This document shows, one piece after another, positions 37,252 to 46,502 of a stretch of 54,663 bases of DNA (the stretch's first letter is position 1; each line of letters starts with the position of its first letter). The DNA comes from Nitrososphaerota archaeon (lineage in GTDB: Archaea; Thermoproteota; EX4484-205; JAAOZP01). Position numbers and translations under genes: made by a program. The notes beneath the pieces were generated by a model that saw nothing but the letters and a program-made list of their open reading frames with translations, was not told the origin of the DNA and searched no databases. The stretch is from contig JAAOZP010000008.1 in the NCBI GenBank assembly GCA_011605725.1, positions 1 to 54,663 on the forward strand, given 5' to 3'.

Positions 37252-40122
37252 CTAGAGGCATTCGCACGCGCTAACCCTGGGTGGGGCTGAGCCCGAAGCA
37301 TGGATTTTGAAGCATGCTTCACGCGTTTCACCCGGGGAAAGGTCGAAGCGCATTCTGCGGAAACCGGTTTCGTCACCCACTATTCCGAACGGGACGATGT
37401 CTGAAATAGGCCCTTTGTTTCTAAGCCTGATTCTCATCGTGAACGGTTCGCCCGGTGCAGCACCCTCCCTGTCTGTTTTAAGCTCGTGTTCAATCCTAGC
37501 CACCATTTTCCTCTCAACTTTGAAGGATGTTTGAAGCCTAATGTCTTCAGAGGAGGCGCCCACCATTATTCTAAACTCCCCGGGTTCAACAATCCTCCTC
37601 ATGTTCCCATCTAGGAAGGCAAGGTCGTCAGCAGTCAGGTTGAAGACGATCCTCCTGGTTTCCCCGGGTTTCAGCGTTACTCTTTGAAAACCTTTAAGCT
37701 CCTTAACTGGTCTGGCGACGCTTGCCACAGGGTCCTGAACGTAAAGCTGGACAACCTCATCCCCCTCCTTCTCGCCTACATTCTTAACGTCGAGGCTTAT
37801 TTCGAAAGGCCCTTCCTCTCCGCGCGCGTCAACCCTTATATTGCTGTACTCGAACCTCGTGTAGCTTAAGCCGTGTCCAAAAGGGAACAATGGTTTCCCA
37901 GGCATGTCGACATAGTCATACCCCCGGCCAGTCGGCTTATAGTTGTAGTAGAGCGGAAGCTGCCCAACGTGCCTCGGCCAGGTGAACGGAAGCCTGCCTG
38001 CAGGATTATAGTCTCCGAAGAGAACTTCAGCGATAGCGTTCCCACCCTCCTGGCCCGGGTACCATGCTTGAAGAAGCGCGTCTACTTTTCTAATCCATTC
38101 CCCGGTGACTGCGCTACCGGTCATGAGGACAACTATCGTCGGAGTCCCTGTTTCAACAATCTTCTCAATCATTATTTCCTGGAGCCTCGGCAGGTCGAGG
38201 ACAGCCCTGTCCCTCCCTTCCCCCTCCACGATCTCGGCGAAGAAAACCGCGACGTCTGATTTCCTCGCCAGTCTTACAGCCTCCACCACCTCTGGAGTCG
38301 ACTCGTCCACATGGTCCCAGAGGAGGAACGCAGCCGCATCGCCCAAATGCTCATAATACTCTATCTTAACATCATACTTCCTTCCTTTTTCAAGCCTGAC
38401 TGTAACAGTGTCGAGAGTAATACCCCTGTCACGCCAGGAGTCGACGAGAAGCTTGCCGTCCAGCCAGAACCTTACTCCGTCGTCAGTAGCCAGACAGATT
38501 TCGAAAACCCCTGTCTTAGGCGCTGTTAAAACCCCTGTCCAGCGGACTGAAAAATTATCCGTCGGCAGCCTCGGGTCGGGGGAGCCTGCTCCCCAGTTGA
38601 AACTAACCTGCTTGTCAATTCTTTTTAAAACGGGTTTCCCCTCTAAGCTGGGGTTGTTGAAATACTCTCCCTTTAATCCTCGCCTCTTATCCCTTGGCCC
38701 AGGGGCAAGGAGCCTTGAAGGTATGGGAACATACTTTCCTATTCCGGGTGGGCATTTAGCATGGTGTATTTTTGCACCGGGCTTCGCTTTCCTCTTTATT
38801 CCTTCAAGAGGAGTAACCACGTATCTTGGAATAGTGCTGTACCCGCCTAGTTTAACACTGTCTGAAGCAGGCCCCAGGACCGCTATTGAACGTGTCTTCT
38901 CCCTGTTTAAAGGCAGCGTGTTTTTCTCGTTTTTAAGAAGAACTATGGATTCTCTTGCTGCTTGAAGAGCCAGCTGAACATGCTGCTCACAGTTGCAGAG
39001 TTTCTCAGCCTCCTCAGGGTCTGTGAAAGGCTTGTCGAAAAGCCCTATTAGGAACTTCGCCCGCAATACTCTTCTAACAGCCTCGTCTAAAACCTCCATG
39101 GGTATCATGTTTTTCTCAACCGCTTTAGCAAGCGGTTCTCCGAACACGTGTGTCTCGGGAAGCTCAACATCCATCCCGGCTTCAAGCGCCTGCTTAGCTG
39201 TCTCCTCCAGCGTCGCGGCAACATGATGGTTGAAGAATATTCCTGCGACTGACCCGTAGTCTGAGACGACGAAGCCCTGGAAGCCCCATTCATGCCTGAG
39301 AACATCGGTGAGGAGCCACTTGTTGCTTGAACACGGAACCCCGTCTATAGAATTGTACGCAGCCATGATGGAGAGCGCGCCAGCCTTCACGCACGCCTTG
39401 AAACCTGGGAAGTAGATTTCCCTGAGAATCCTTTCCGAGAAATGGATCTCGTTGCTGTCTCTTCCACCATCCCCCACGAAGTTGGCGGCGAAATGCTTCG
39501 GAGTCGCTATAACCCCTTCTTCAAACATGGCTTTGCAGAATAGTGAGCCCATTTCCGAGGTCAAGTATGGGTCTTCACCATAGCTCTCCTCAGTCCTCCC
39601 AGCCCTAACGTCCCTCGCTATGTTGACGACGGGGGAGAGACACTGATGGATACCTCTGCTCCTCGTCTCCCTTGCAATCGCTTTTGAAACCCTGTAGACC
39701 AGCTCCCTGTCCCAGGTCGCAGCCAGGCCTATCGCCTGCGGGAAGCTTGTTGAAAACTTGGCTACACAGCCGTGTAGACACTCGTCGTGAATAATCACCG
39801 GTATTCCTAAACGGGTTTTCTCAATTGCTTCAACCTGGTATTCGTTAGCTTTTTCAGCCCCCTCTTTAGCCGATAGGCCTCTGGTGACGTGCGTCAGGTT
39901 GCCCACTCCCCCCTCCGGCATCTGCCTGCTGGACCTTAACTGGGCAAGCTTCTCCTCAACCGTCATTCTTTGAAGAAGGTCTTCAACCCTCTTCTCAACA
40001 GGCAGGCTTGGGTCTTCATAAGGATCTTTAACACCGTTCTTGTTGAAGTCTATCCAGTCCTCATGGTAAATCTCACGGCTGCTAACGTCCGGCGGAACAT
40101 AATAGTTCCTCTCAACGGACAT
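37252..40122 (-). CDS. Glycoside hydrolase family 3 beta-glucosidase/xylosidase with an inserted PA14 domain and an Fn3-like domain
   Basis: RLGIP, GRTEESYGEDP, KHFA, WGFQGFVVSDY nucleophile motif; PA14 (GLKGEYFNN...FSVRWTG...DDGVR); EVVQLYV...ELKGF. Confidence 0.95.
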   Translation of the reverse strand: MSVERNYYVPPDVSSREIYHEDWIDFNKNGVKDPYEDPSLPVEKRVEDLLQRMTVEEKLAQLRSSRQMPEGGVGNLTHVTRGLSAKEGAEKANEYQVEAIEKTRLGIPVIIHDECLHGCVAKFSTSFPQAIGLAATWDRELVYRVSKAIARETRSRGIHQCLSPVVNIARDVRAGRTEESYGEDPYLTSEMGSLFCKAMFEEGVIATPKHFAANFVGDGGRDSNEIHFSERILREIYFPGFKACVKAGALSIMAAYNSIDGVPCSSNKWLLTDVLRHEWGFQGFVVSDYGSVAGIFFNHHVAATLEETAKQALEAGMDVELPETHVFGEPLAKAVEKNMIPMEVLDEAVRRVLRAKFLIGLFDKPFTDPEEAEKLCNCEQHVQLALQAARESIVLLKNEKNTLPLNREKTRSIAVLGPASDSVKLGGYSTIPRYVVTPLEGIKRKAKPGAKIHHAKCPPGIGKYVPIPSRLLAPGPRDKRRGLKGEYFNNPSLEGKPVLKRIDKQVSFNWGAGSPDPRLPTDNFSVRWTGVLTAPKTGVFEICLATDDGVRFWLDGKLLVDSWRDRGITLDTVTVRLEKGRKYDVKIEYYEHLGDAAAFLLWDHVDESTPEVVEAVRLARKSDVAVFFAEIVEGEGRDRAVLDLPRLQEIMIEKIVETGTPTIVVLMTGSAVTGEWIRKVDALLQAWYPGQEGGNAIAEVLFGDYNPAGRLPFTWPRHVGQLPLYYNYKPTGRGYDYVDMPGKPLFPFGHGLSYTRFEYSNIRVDARGEEGPFEISLDVKNVGEKEGDEVVQLYVQDPVASVARPVKELKGFQRVTLKPGETRRIVFNLTADDLAFLDGNMRRIVEPGEFRIMVGASSEDIRLQTSFKVERKMVARIEHELKTDREGAAPGEPFTMRIRLRNKGPISDIVPFGIVGDETGFRRMRFDLSPGETREACFKIHASGSAPPRVSACECL

Positions 40123-40187
40123 TTGGATTAGAAGCTTGTTTGAAGCTTTTAAGGTTTTAAAAATTCAGGAATCAGTTGGAAAAGGGG

Positions 40188-41522
40188 TCACCTTAGTCTT
40201 CCGCCAAGCTTTTTCAAAAGGCTCTCCGTCTTTAAACGAATCTCCTTCGGATCCTCATCCCTCGGGAAGTAAACCCTGATTGTGACGCTTTTGAAACCTT
40301 TTGGAATCTGCTCCCCGACGTATGTTTCAAGAACCTCTATCCTGGAGGCTTCAGGCATGAACCTCTCCAGAATCTCCCTGCAGAACTCGTGTTCAAACTC
40401 TGCTGGAAGCATTACGGAGAAGTCTAGGCTCGACTCTCCGAAGAGGCTTCTCCTAGTCTCCATCGTAGCCTTCTCGTCTAGAAGCATCACGTTGAAAAGG
40501 CTTAGGCTGACGGTTTTCTTCCTGCTCTCCTCTATTTCTATCGTGTCGGCTGAGATGCTTTTTAAAACCCCGACGTGGATCCTGCCTGTTTGAACGTTCT
40601 CCAAGCAGACTTTTCTCCCAACCAGGCTTTCAAGAATATTCTTATCCCTCTGCATTGTTGAAACCATCCTGTCCGATATTGAGAGAAGCGTTGTAGACGA
40701 TTCTGTTGAGGCGAAGTGTCTGCATGATGAAGCCACGTGTTCAACAATCCCTTTAACATTCCTAGTCTTAGTCTCAACGTAAAGGTTGACGGCTTGAGTT
40801 ATGAATTCTTCCTGAACCTCGAGAACATGCGGGTTGTGAACCTGGAGCTGCGCGTAGAGCTCAGGGTTTTGACAGATAACCCTGTAGACAATCGGGAGGA
40901 ACACGTTGTAAACCGGGCTTGAAAACCTTCTGGACTGTTTCAAGTCGATATTCATCTCCCTGATTACTCCTGCGAAAACCATGCTTGTGAAATGCGTTAA
41001 GCCTTGAACAATGCTCATCATCCTGTCATGGTTCTGAACACTCGTCTCAACGACTTCAAACCCTTTTTTCTCGAGAAAACCCTTGACGAGGCTGAACCAT
41101 TTTCCTGTTCTCACAGGTATCAGTATAACCACCTGTCCCCTGACATCCCTAATCCTTGGGCCGAACATCGGGTGTAGGCTCACCAGTTCAACACCCTGGG
41201 GAGCATGCTTCAGCATTGCTGAAACAGCCTCCGTCTTAACTGAGGCGATATCCATGAGGAGGGAGCCCTCCTTCATGCAGGGGGCTACTTCAGCTATTAC
41301 TTGCGGAGTGTTCTCCACAGGCACCGAGACGATGACGATGTCTGATTCTGCAGCAGCCCTCTTATTGTCCTTCTCATAGTTGACCCCTATTGTTCTGGCG
41401 AGTCTTAAACCCTCGATCTCATCCGGGTCGGCAACAGTAACCTGGAAGCCTCCTGTCTCCAGCAGCTGGTTAACTATCCATCTTCCCATTGAGCCGCATC
41501 CGCCTACTACTGTTATCCTCAT
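40188..41522 (-). CDS. tyrA: Prephenate dehydrogenase with a C-terminal extension (ferredoxin-fold/FDX-ACB-like)
   Basis: GGCGSMG, DIASVK, HPMFGP, HDRMMSIVQGLTH; C-terminal YVGEQIPKGFKSVTIRV. Confidence 0.9.
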   Translation of the reverse strand: MRITVVGGCGSMGRWIVNQLLETGGFQVTVADPDEIEGLRLARTIGVNYEKDNKRAAAESDIVIVSVPVENTPQVIAEVAPCMKEGSLLMDIASVKTEAVSAMLKHAPQGVELVSLHPMFGPRIRDVRGQVVILIPVRTGKWFSLVKGFLEKKGFEVVETSVQNHDRMMSIVQGLTHFTSMVFAGVIREMNIDLKQSRRFSSPVYNVFLPIVYRVICQNPELYAQLQVHNPHVLEVQEEFITQAVNLYVETKTRNVKGIVEHVASSCRHFASTESSTTLLSISDRMVSTMQRDKNILESLVGRKVCLENVQTGRIHVGVLKSISADTIEIEESRKKTVSLSLFNVMLLDEKATMETRRSLFGESSLDFSVMLPAEFEHEFCREILERFMPEASRIEVLETYVGEQIPKGFKSVTIRVYFPRDEDPKEIRLKTESLLKKLGGRLR

Positions 41523-41600
41523 CCGTATTAGTCAGCCGGCTCCAGTATTTTTGTTTAACCCTCCTGGTGGCGCAGCGTTGGAAAAGGCTTCCCATAGTGT

Positions 41601-42149
41601 TTAAAGCTTGTAGAGATAAATGGTGTGGACATGCTGTCTTCCGGAGGGGAGGCTTATGGTTTTCAAAGGCTCAAGTTTCTCAAGAGGATGATCATGGACA
41701 ACTATCCTTGTTCCACTTCTACACTCGTCCAGGATCTTCAGGGAGAGTCTTCTAACTATAGGTGGGAAAGGATAGACGTATACTATGCTGAACCTGGATA
41801 AATCGGTTTGAAAAAGATCAGTGTGAACAATGTCAACCATGTGGCTTAAACCAGCCTCCCTAACCCTTCTCCTCGCTTTTTCAGCAAGGCCAGCGTCCAG
41901 CTCCAGGCCAACGCTGAAAACCCTGAATCTTCCAGCCGCCCTTATGAGAACCGTTCCATCCCCGCAGCCAGGGTCTACGAGAACATCCTTCAAACACGGC
42001 TCCGCCAGCTCAAGCGCAGCATCCACTACTTGAACAGGGCTCGGCGAATACGGGTATTCTGAGAGCATTCCCGCTAAAATGCTCACCCTATCCTCATCCT
42101 TAAGCCACGCGGAGTTTTCAAACGGTGCTGAAAGCATTCCCGTAGCCAA
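41601..42149 (-). CDS. Class I SAM-dependent methyltransferase
   Basis: PYSPSP, DPGCGDG, GLELD, GTRIVVHD. Confidence 0.85.
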   Translation of the reverse strand: MATGMLSAPFENSAWLKDEDRVSILAGMLSEYPYSPSPVQVVDAALELAEPCLKDVLVDPGCGDGTVLIRAAGRFRVFSVGLELDAGLAEKARRRVREAGLSHMVDIVHTDLFQTDLSRFSIVYVYPFPPIVRRLSLKILDECRSGTRIVVHDHPLEKLEPLKTISLPSGRQHVHTIYLYKL

Positions 42150-42196
42150 GCCGCTAGGGAAAGGTTTAAAGTTAACTTTCCACAGGTGCGGGATGA

Positions 42197-43438
42197 ATGA
42201 GGATAATAGTGTTTGAAGACTCTGCGGCTCACAGCTTCGAGCCGCTGACCCTTACCCGGGGCGTGTTCGACCTCAGGCTGGGATTATTCTCGCTTGCCGA
42301 CCGTGTTAAGCACTACATGCAGGTTGAGCAGGTTGACTTCCTTGCGAGAAGCCATATTGCTGAACACGTTAGGGCGAGGAGGAGGGTGAAGGCTAACGAG
42401 CCTGAGGCTATTGACGATGAAACTGTTTTCGTAAACGGCCTACTGGTTTTCAACAGCGAGCTGCGAAGCATCGTTCAAAAGATTAGGCCTGAGACGATTG
42501 TAACCAGGCAGGGGAGGATTGTTCTAGCAAGGTTCAGCGAGGCTAGGGCGAGAGAGGTGGCTTCACTGCTCACTAACGCTCCAGGGGTTGAAGCTTTGAA
42601 GAAAATAAGGGAGAAGGCTTTGGAGGAGGCTGAGTACGAGGGTGACGCACTGCTATCCAGCCCCTGGGAGATTGTTGAAAGAAACAGCCTCCAGATAATC
42701 GAAGACTATGAGGCGATGCCTAGGCTTAGGCTCAGAATACCTCCCGAAGCAACCCTGATAGGGAGGAGGAGGAATGTTTACGTCGGCAGGGATACTGAGA
42801 TCGACCCGTGCGTCACCCTGGATTCCGTAAAGGGGCCGATATACATTGGGGAGGGATGCGAGATACGTGCCGGCAGCTTTATAGAGGGTCCTGCCTACAT
42901 TGGGCCCGGGACAATCATAAATCCTTCCTCCATCATTAGAGGCGGCTCAAACATTGGGCCGGACTGCAATATTGGTGGCGAGGTTGAGGCGACGGTGATA
43001 CATGGGCGTGTTGACAAGCAGTACTCAGGGTTCCTGGGGCATGCTTACGTCGGCGAATGGGTTGAGCTTGGACCATTGTTCGCAAACTCTGGAAACAGGC
43101 TTGGAAGCTGGACACCTGGTTTCGGCGGAATCATTGCTGACCATGTTAAAGCCTTTGCTGGAACCATGGTTTACGCTGGGAGAAGCATTGGGGTTGCGTC
43201 CCAGATAAGCGGGTACGTGTGCGAGAACGTTCCGTCATTCGTGTTCTACTCGAAGACAAGCGGGCAGCCGGTTTGCGAGATTGATGTTGAAGAAGTTTTG
43301 AAGACGGCGAGAAGAGCAGCTGCCCTGCGTGAAGAAGAGTTCACACCGGCTGACGAACAGCTGTTGAGAAGAGTCTTCGAGTTAACCAGGTTTGAGCGTG
43401 AAGCCTTGAAGCCATGCGGACCCAGCTTAGACCCTTAG
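42197..43438 (+). CDS. GlmU-like putative sugar nucleotidyltransferase with a left-handed beta-helix
   Basis: FED....FEPLTLTR.VFDLRLG N-terminus; hexapeptide repeats GPIYIG/GPAYIG; GFLGHAYVGEWV. Confidence 0.85.
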   Translation: MRIIVFEDSAAHSFEPLTLTRGVFDLRLGLFSLADRVKHYMQVEQVDFLARSHIAEHVRARRRVKANEPEAIDDETVFVNGLLVFNSELRSIVQKIRPETIVTRQGRIVLARFSEARAREVASLLTNAPGVEALKKIREKALEEAEYEGDALLSSPWEIVERNSLQIIEDYEAMPRLRLRIPPEATLIGRRRNVYVGRDTEIDPCVTLDSVKGPIYIGEGCEIRAGSFIEGPAYIGPGTIINPSSIIRGGSNIGPDCNIGGEVEATVIHGRVDKQYSGFLGHAYVGEWVELGPLFANSGNRLGSWTPGFGGIIADHVKAFAGTMVYAGRSIGVASQISGYVCENVPSFVFYSKTSGQPVCEIDVEEVLKTARRAAALREEEFTPADEQLLRRVFELTRFEREALKPCGPSLDP

Positions 43439-44292
43439 GCCTGCGTGCCGACTGCATCGGCGAGCCTAGCCATATCAGCATCGTCAAGCCTCCAGCCTGT
43501 TGCCCCAGCGTTTTCAACAACCCTTTCAGGCCGGGATGCCCTGGGTATTGGGAAGACAATCCTGCTCCTGTTTACAAGCCAGTTTAAAGCTATTTGAGCA
43601 GGAGTCTTACCCCCGTGCTTCATGGAAACCTCTTCGAAAACCCTCGTCAGCCAGGCTTGCTTCCTAGCTAGAGCACCGTGAGCAAGAGGACGGTACGCGA
43701 GTATCGCGACACTGTTCTGCTCACAGTATGGCAGCAGGTCCTTCTCAATCCTCCTGGCCATCAGGCTGTATTCAACCTGGTTGGAGACAAGCTCGTACCT
43801 GGGCAGTGCTTCCTGCGCCCTCTTAAACTGCTCCAGGGAGAAGTTGCTTACGCCTATGTGCCTAATCTTCCCCTCATCGACAAGCCTACTCATCGCGCGC
43901 ATAGTTTCTTCAACAGGTATGGAGGGGTTCGGCCAGTGAACCTGGTATAGGTCAATATAGGAGCACCTCAGTCTCCTGAGGCTTCTCTCAGCAGCCTTCA
44001 AAACCTTTTCGTAACGAAGATTCGTAAGCCAGACCTTGGTGGCTATGAAAAGCTCGTCTCTTTTAAAGCCTTTTATGGCTTCCGCTACAAGACCCTCCGT
44101 CTCGTAGATTTCAGCGGTGTCGATAAGGTTGATGCCGAGCTCAATACCCTTTCTTAAAGCAGCAGTCTTCAGACTCCTACTTCTATGTAGACGCAGAAGC
44201 CTCGCTAGAACAATGTACGCAGGATCATAATAGGTTCCCATACCTATTACTGAAGCCTTGAAACCGGTTTTTCCAAACTCCCGGTACTCCAA
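43435..44292 (-). CDS. Aldo/keto reductase
   Basis: IGMGT, IDTAEIY, ATKV, IDLYQVHWP, IGVSNF, AYRPL. Confidence 0.93.
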   Translation of the reverse strand: MEYREFGKTGFKASVIGMGTYYDPAYIVLARLLRLHRSRSLKTAALRKGIELGINLIDTAEIYETEGLVAEAIKGFKRDELFIATKVWLTNLRYEKVLKAAERSLRRLRCSYIDLYQVHWPNPSIPVEETMRAMSRLVDEGKIRHIGVSNFSLEQFKRAQEALPRYELVSNQVEYSLMARRIEKDLLPYCEQNSVAILAYRPLAHGALARKQAWLTRVFEEVSMKHGGKTPAQIALNWLVNRSRIVFPIPRASRPERVVENAGATGWRLDDADMARLADAVGTQA

Positions 44293-44395
44293 ACCGTTAA
44301 CCCCCTGTTCGTGAAAATTTTAAACGTTTCGGCTGCAAGCATGCTTCTAAGCGGTTCGGGAAAAACTTATTTTCAACACTCATGCTTACAGATGC

Positions 44396-44980
44396 GTGAG
44401 GATCTCGTTAACAGGTAGAAGCGCCCTGCTGATAGTGGATGTTCAAAACGATTTCCTACCTGGAGGAGCCCTTCCGGTTCCAAACGGGGACACGGTAATA
44501 GCCCCGTTGAACAATTATATTGGGCTGTTCGCGAAACGGGGTCTACCTGTTTTCGCAACTAGAGACTGGCATCCTAAGCAGCATGTGAGCTTCAGGGAGA
44601 GAGGAGGACCATGGCCTCCCCACTGCGTGCAGAACACTCGGGGTGCTGAAATATCGAGCATGCTTAACCTGCCGCCCGGCGTAAGGATTGTTGACAAGGC
44701 TTTCTCGCCTGACAGAGACGCCTACTCGGGTTTTCAGGAGACTGTTCTAAGCCTGGAGCTGCATAGGCTTGGAGTTAAAAGGCTTTTCATAGGCGGGCTT
44801 GCAACAGACTACTGTGTTAAAGCCACTGTTATCGACTCCATAGACCTGGGTTTTGAAACGGTTCTTCTCCTTGACGCTGTTAAAGGGGTTGACGTGAATC
44901 CTGGAGACAGTGAGAAAGCTGTTCGGGAAATGATTTTGAAAGGAGCCGTAGGAATTACTCTGAACGATGTTCTCCATTAA
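44396..44980 (+). CDS. pncA: Nicotinamidase/pyrazinamidase
   Basis: VDVQNDF, DWHP, WPPHCVQ, YSGF, GLATDYCV. Confidence 0.95.
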   Translation: MRISLTGRSALLIVDVQNDFLPGGALPVPNGDTVIAPLNNYIGLFAKRGLPVFATRDWHPKQHVSFRERGGPWPPHCVQNTRGAEISSMLNLPPGVRIVDKAFSPDRDAYSGFQETVLSLELHRLGVKRLFIGGLATDYCVKATVIDSIDLGFETVLLLDAVKGVDVNPGDSEKAVREMILKGAVGITLNDVLH

Positions 44981-44987
44981 GAAAACT

Positions 44988-46340
44988 CTAGCCCTGTTTC
45001 TCAGGAAGCAGCTTCTTAATCAGCTGCCTGCCTAAATCCATTATTTTCTCACTCACCTGCACCGGGTAGGCCTCTGGGCTTCTAATCCTCTTATACTCTT
45101 CCGGAAGCTTCTCAAGCTCCCTCCTGGCTTTCTCCCTTATCTCGTCGAGCTTCGGAAGCCTATAGGTAAGCCTGCCATCCTTAAAGATTTGAATGAGCCT
45201 CCCCTCTCCCTCCAGATTCTCGTCGCAGAGCCCAATAATGTCTTTAACATACTTCCCATTCTCCTCAACCCTGTAAACCTGCTTCGCCCCGGGCAGGGTT
45301 GCCTTCTCCCCCTCAGCGATCTTCATCCTTGGAACAAGCCTACCGTTCTCCTCGCTTTCAACAAGCTTGTAAACCATGTCCGTCTTAGGAGCGTCGTCGG
45401 AAGTCACTAGCGAAGAGCCTACTCCGAAAACATCTATCTGCGCACCCCTGTTCAAATAGTCTTCAATCACATACTCGTCGAGACCACTGCTCACGAATAT
45501 CTTGGTTGAGTTGAAGCCTGCTTCATCCAGGATTCTCCTAGCCTCTTTGCTTAGGCTCAGCATGTCTCCAGAATCCATTCTAACACCTTTCAGCTCCTTT
45601 TTCCCAGTCAGCTCCTCAACGGCTTCAATCGCGTTCCTCACCCCGCGCAAAGTGTCATACGTGTCTACGAGTAGAACAGTATCAGTCCCCCATGTTTTCA
45701 ACCAGGCTTTGAAAGCCTCCTTCTCGCTGGGGAAGGCTTCAACATAGGAGTGGGCCATCGTCCCGTAGACGGGGATCCCGTATTTTTTCCCGGCTAAAAC
45801 GTTGGAGGTTCCGACGCATCCGCCGATGTAGCTTGCCCTAGCAGCCTTAACCCCAGCGTCTACGCCGTGAGCCCTTCTGGAGCCGAAGTCAACCACCTGC
45901 CTCCCCTTCGCGGAGCTAACGATTCTCGAAGCCTTCGTCGCGATAAGTGTTTGAAAATTAACAGCGTTTATCATGAAGGTTTCGAAGAACTGTGCCTCGA
46001 TTATGGGCGCGGTAACCCTTATTATCGGCTCGTTCTGGAAGACAAGCTCCCCCTCAGGAAGAGCCCAAACATCACCGGTGAACCTTATTCTGGAGAGGAA
46101 TTTCAGAAAATCCTTCTCAAACCCTTTCTCCTCGAGAAACTCCAAATCCTCCTTCTCAAACCTGAAGTTCAGAAGATAGTTGCAAACATCCTCCAGCCCC
46201 GCAGCTATCAGATACCCCCGGTTGGGCGGGAGCCTTCTGACGAAAAGCTCGAAAGTGGCTTTAATATTCCCGGTTTTAAAATATGCTTGAGCCATTGAAA
46301 CCTCGTACAGGTCGGTGAACAGCGCCATGCTTCCCTCCAT
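44988..46340 (-). CDS. pncB: Nicotinate phosphoribosyltransferase
   Basis: TDLYE, DFGSRRAH, GTMAHS, LVDTYD, RMDSGD, VYKL. Confidence 0.95.
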   Translation of the reverse strand: MEGSMALFTDLYEVSMAQAYFKTGNIKATFELFVRRLPPNRGYLIAAGLEDVCNYLLNFRFEKEDLEFLEEKGFEKDFLKFLSRIRFTGDVWALPEGELVFQNEPIIRVTAPIIEAQFFETFMINAVNFQTLIATKASRIVSSAKGRQVVDFGSRRAHGVDAGVKAARASYIGGCVGTSNVLAGKKYGIPVYGTMAHSYVEAFPSEKEAFKAWLKTWGTDTVLLVDTYDTLRGVRNAIEAVEELTGKKELKGVRMDSGDMLSLSKEARRILDEAGFNSTKIFVSSGLDEYVIEDYLNRGAQIDVFGVGSSLVTSDDAPKTDMVYKLVESEENGRLVPRMKIAEGEKATLPGAKQVYRVEENGKYVKDIIGLCDENLEGEGRLIQIFKDGRLTYRLPKLDEIREKARRELEKLPEEYKRIRSPEAYPVQVSEKIMDLGRQLIKKLLPEKQG

Positions 46341-46502
46341 ACGTAGAATAATTTAAGAAAGCTCTAGATAAATCTTAATTCTGAATAACACATGCTGCAC
46401 AGGCTTTTTCAACGGGACTTTCCCAGCGGGCCATATCCTCTTTCAAGCTCCGTTTCACCTGGCAAGACGATGGTGAAGCGTTAATGCTTAAATGCTCCAC
46501 GC

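Noticed and set aside
39375-43900. GCGCGC at 39375 and 43895 as scars
   Set aside because: They encode family-typical residues (GH3 AGALSIM, AKR ETMRAM) in intact frames; best explained as chance codon combinations.
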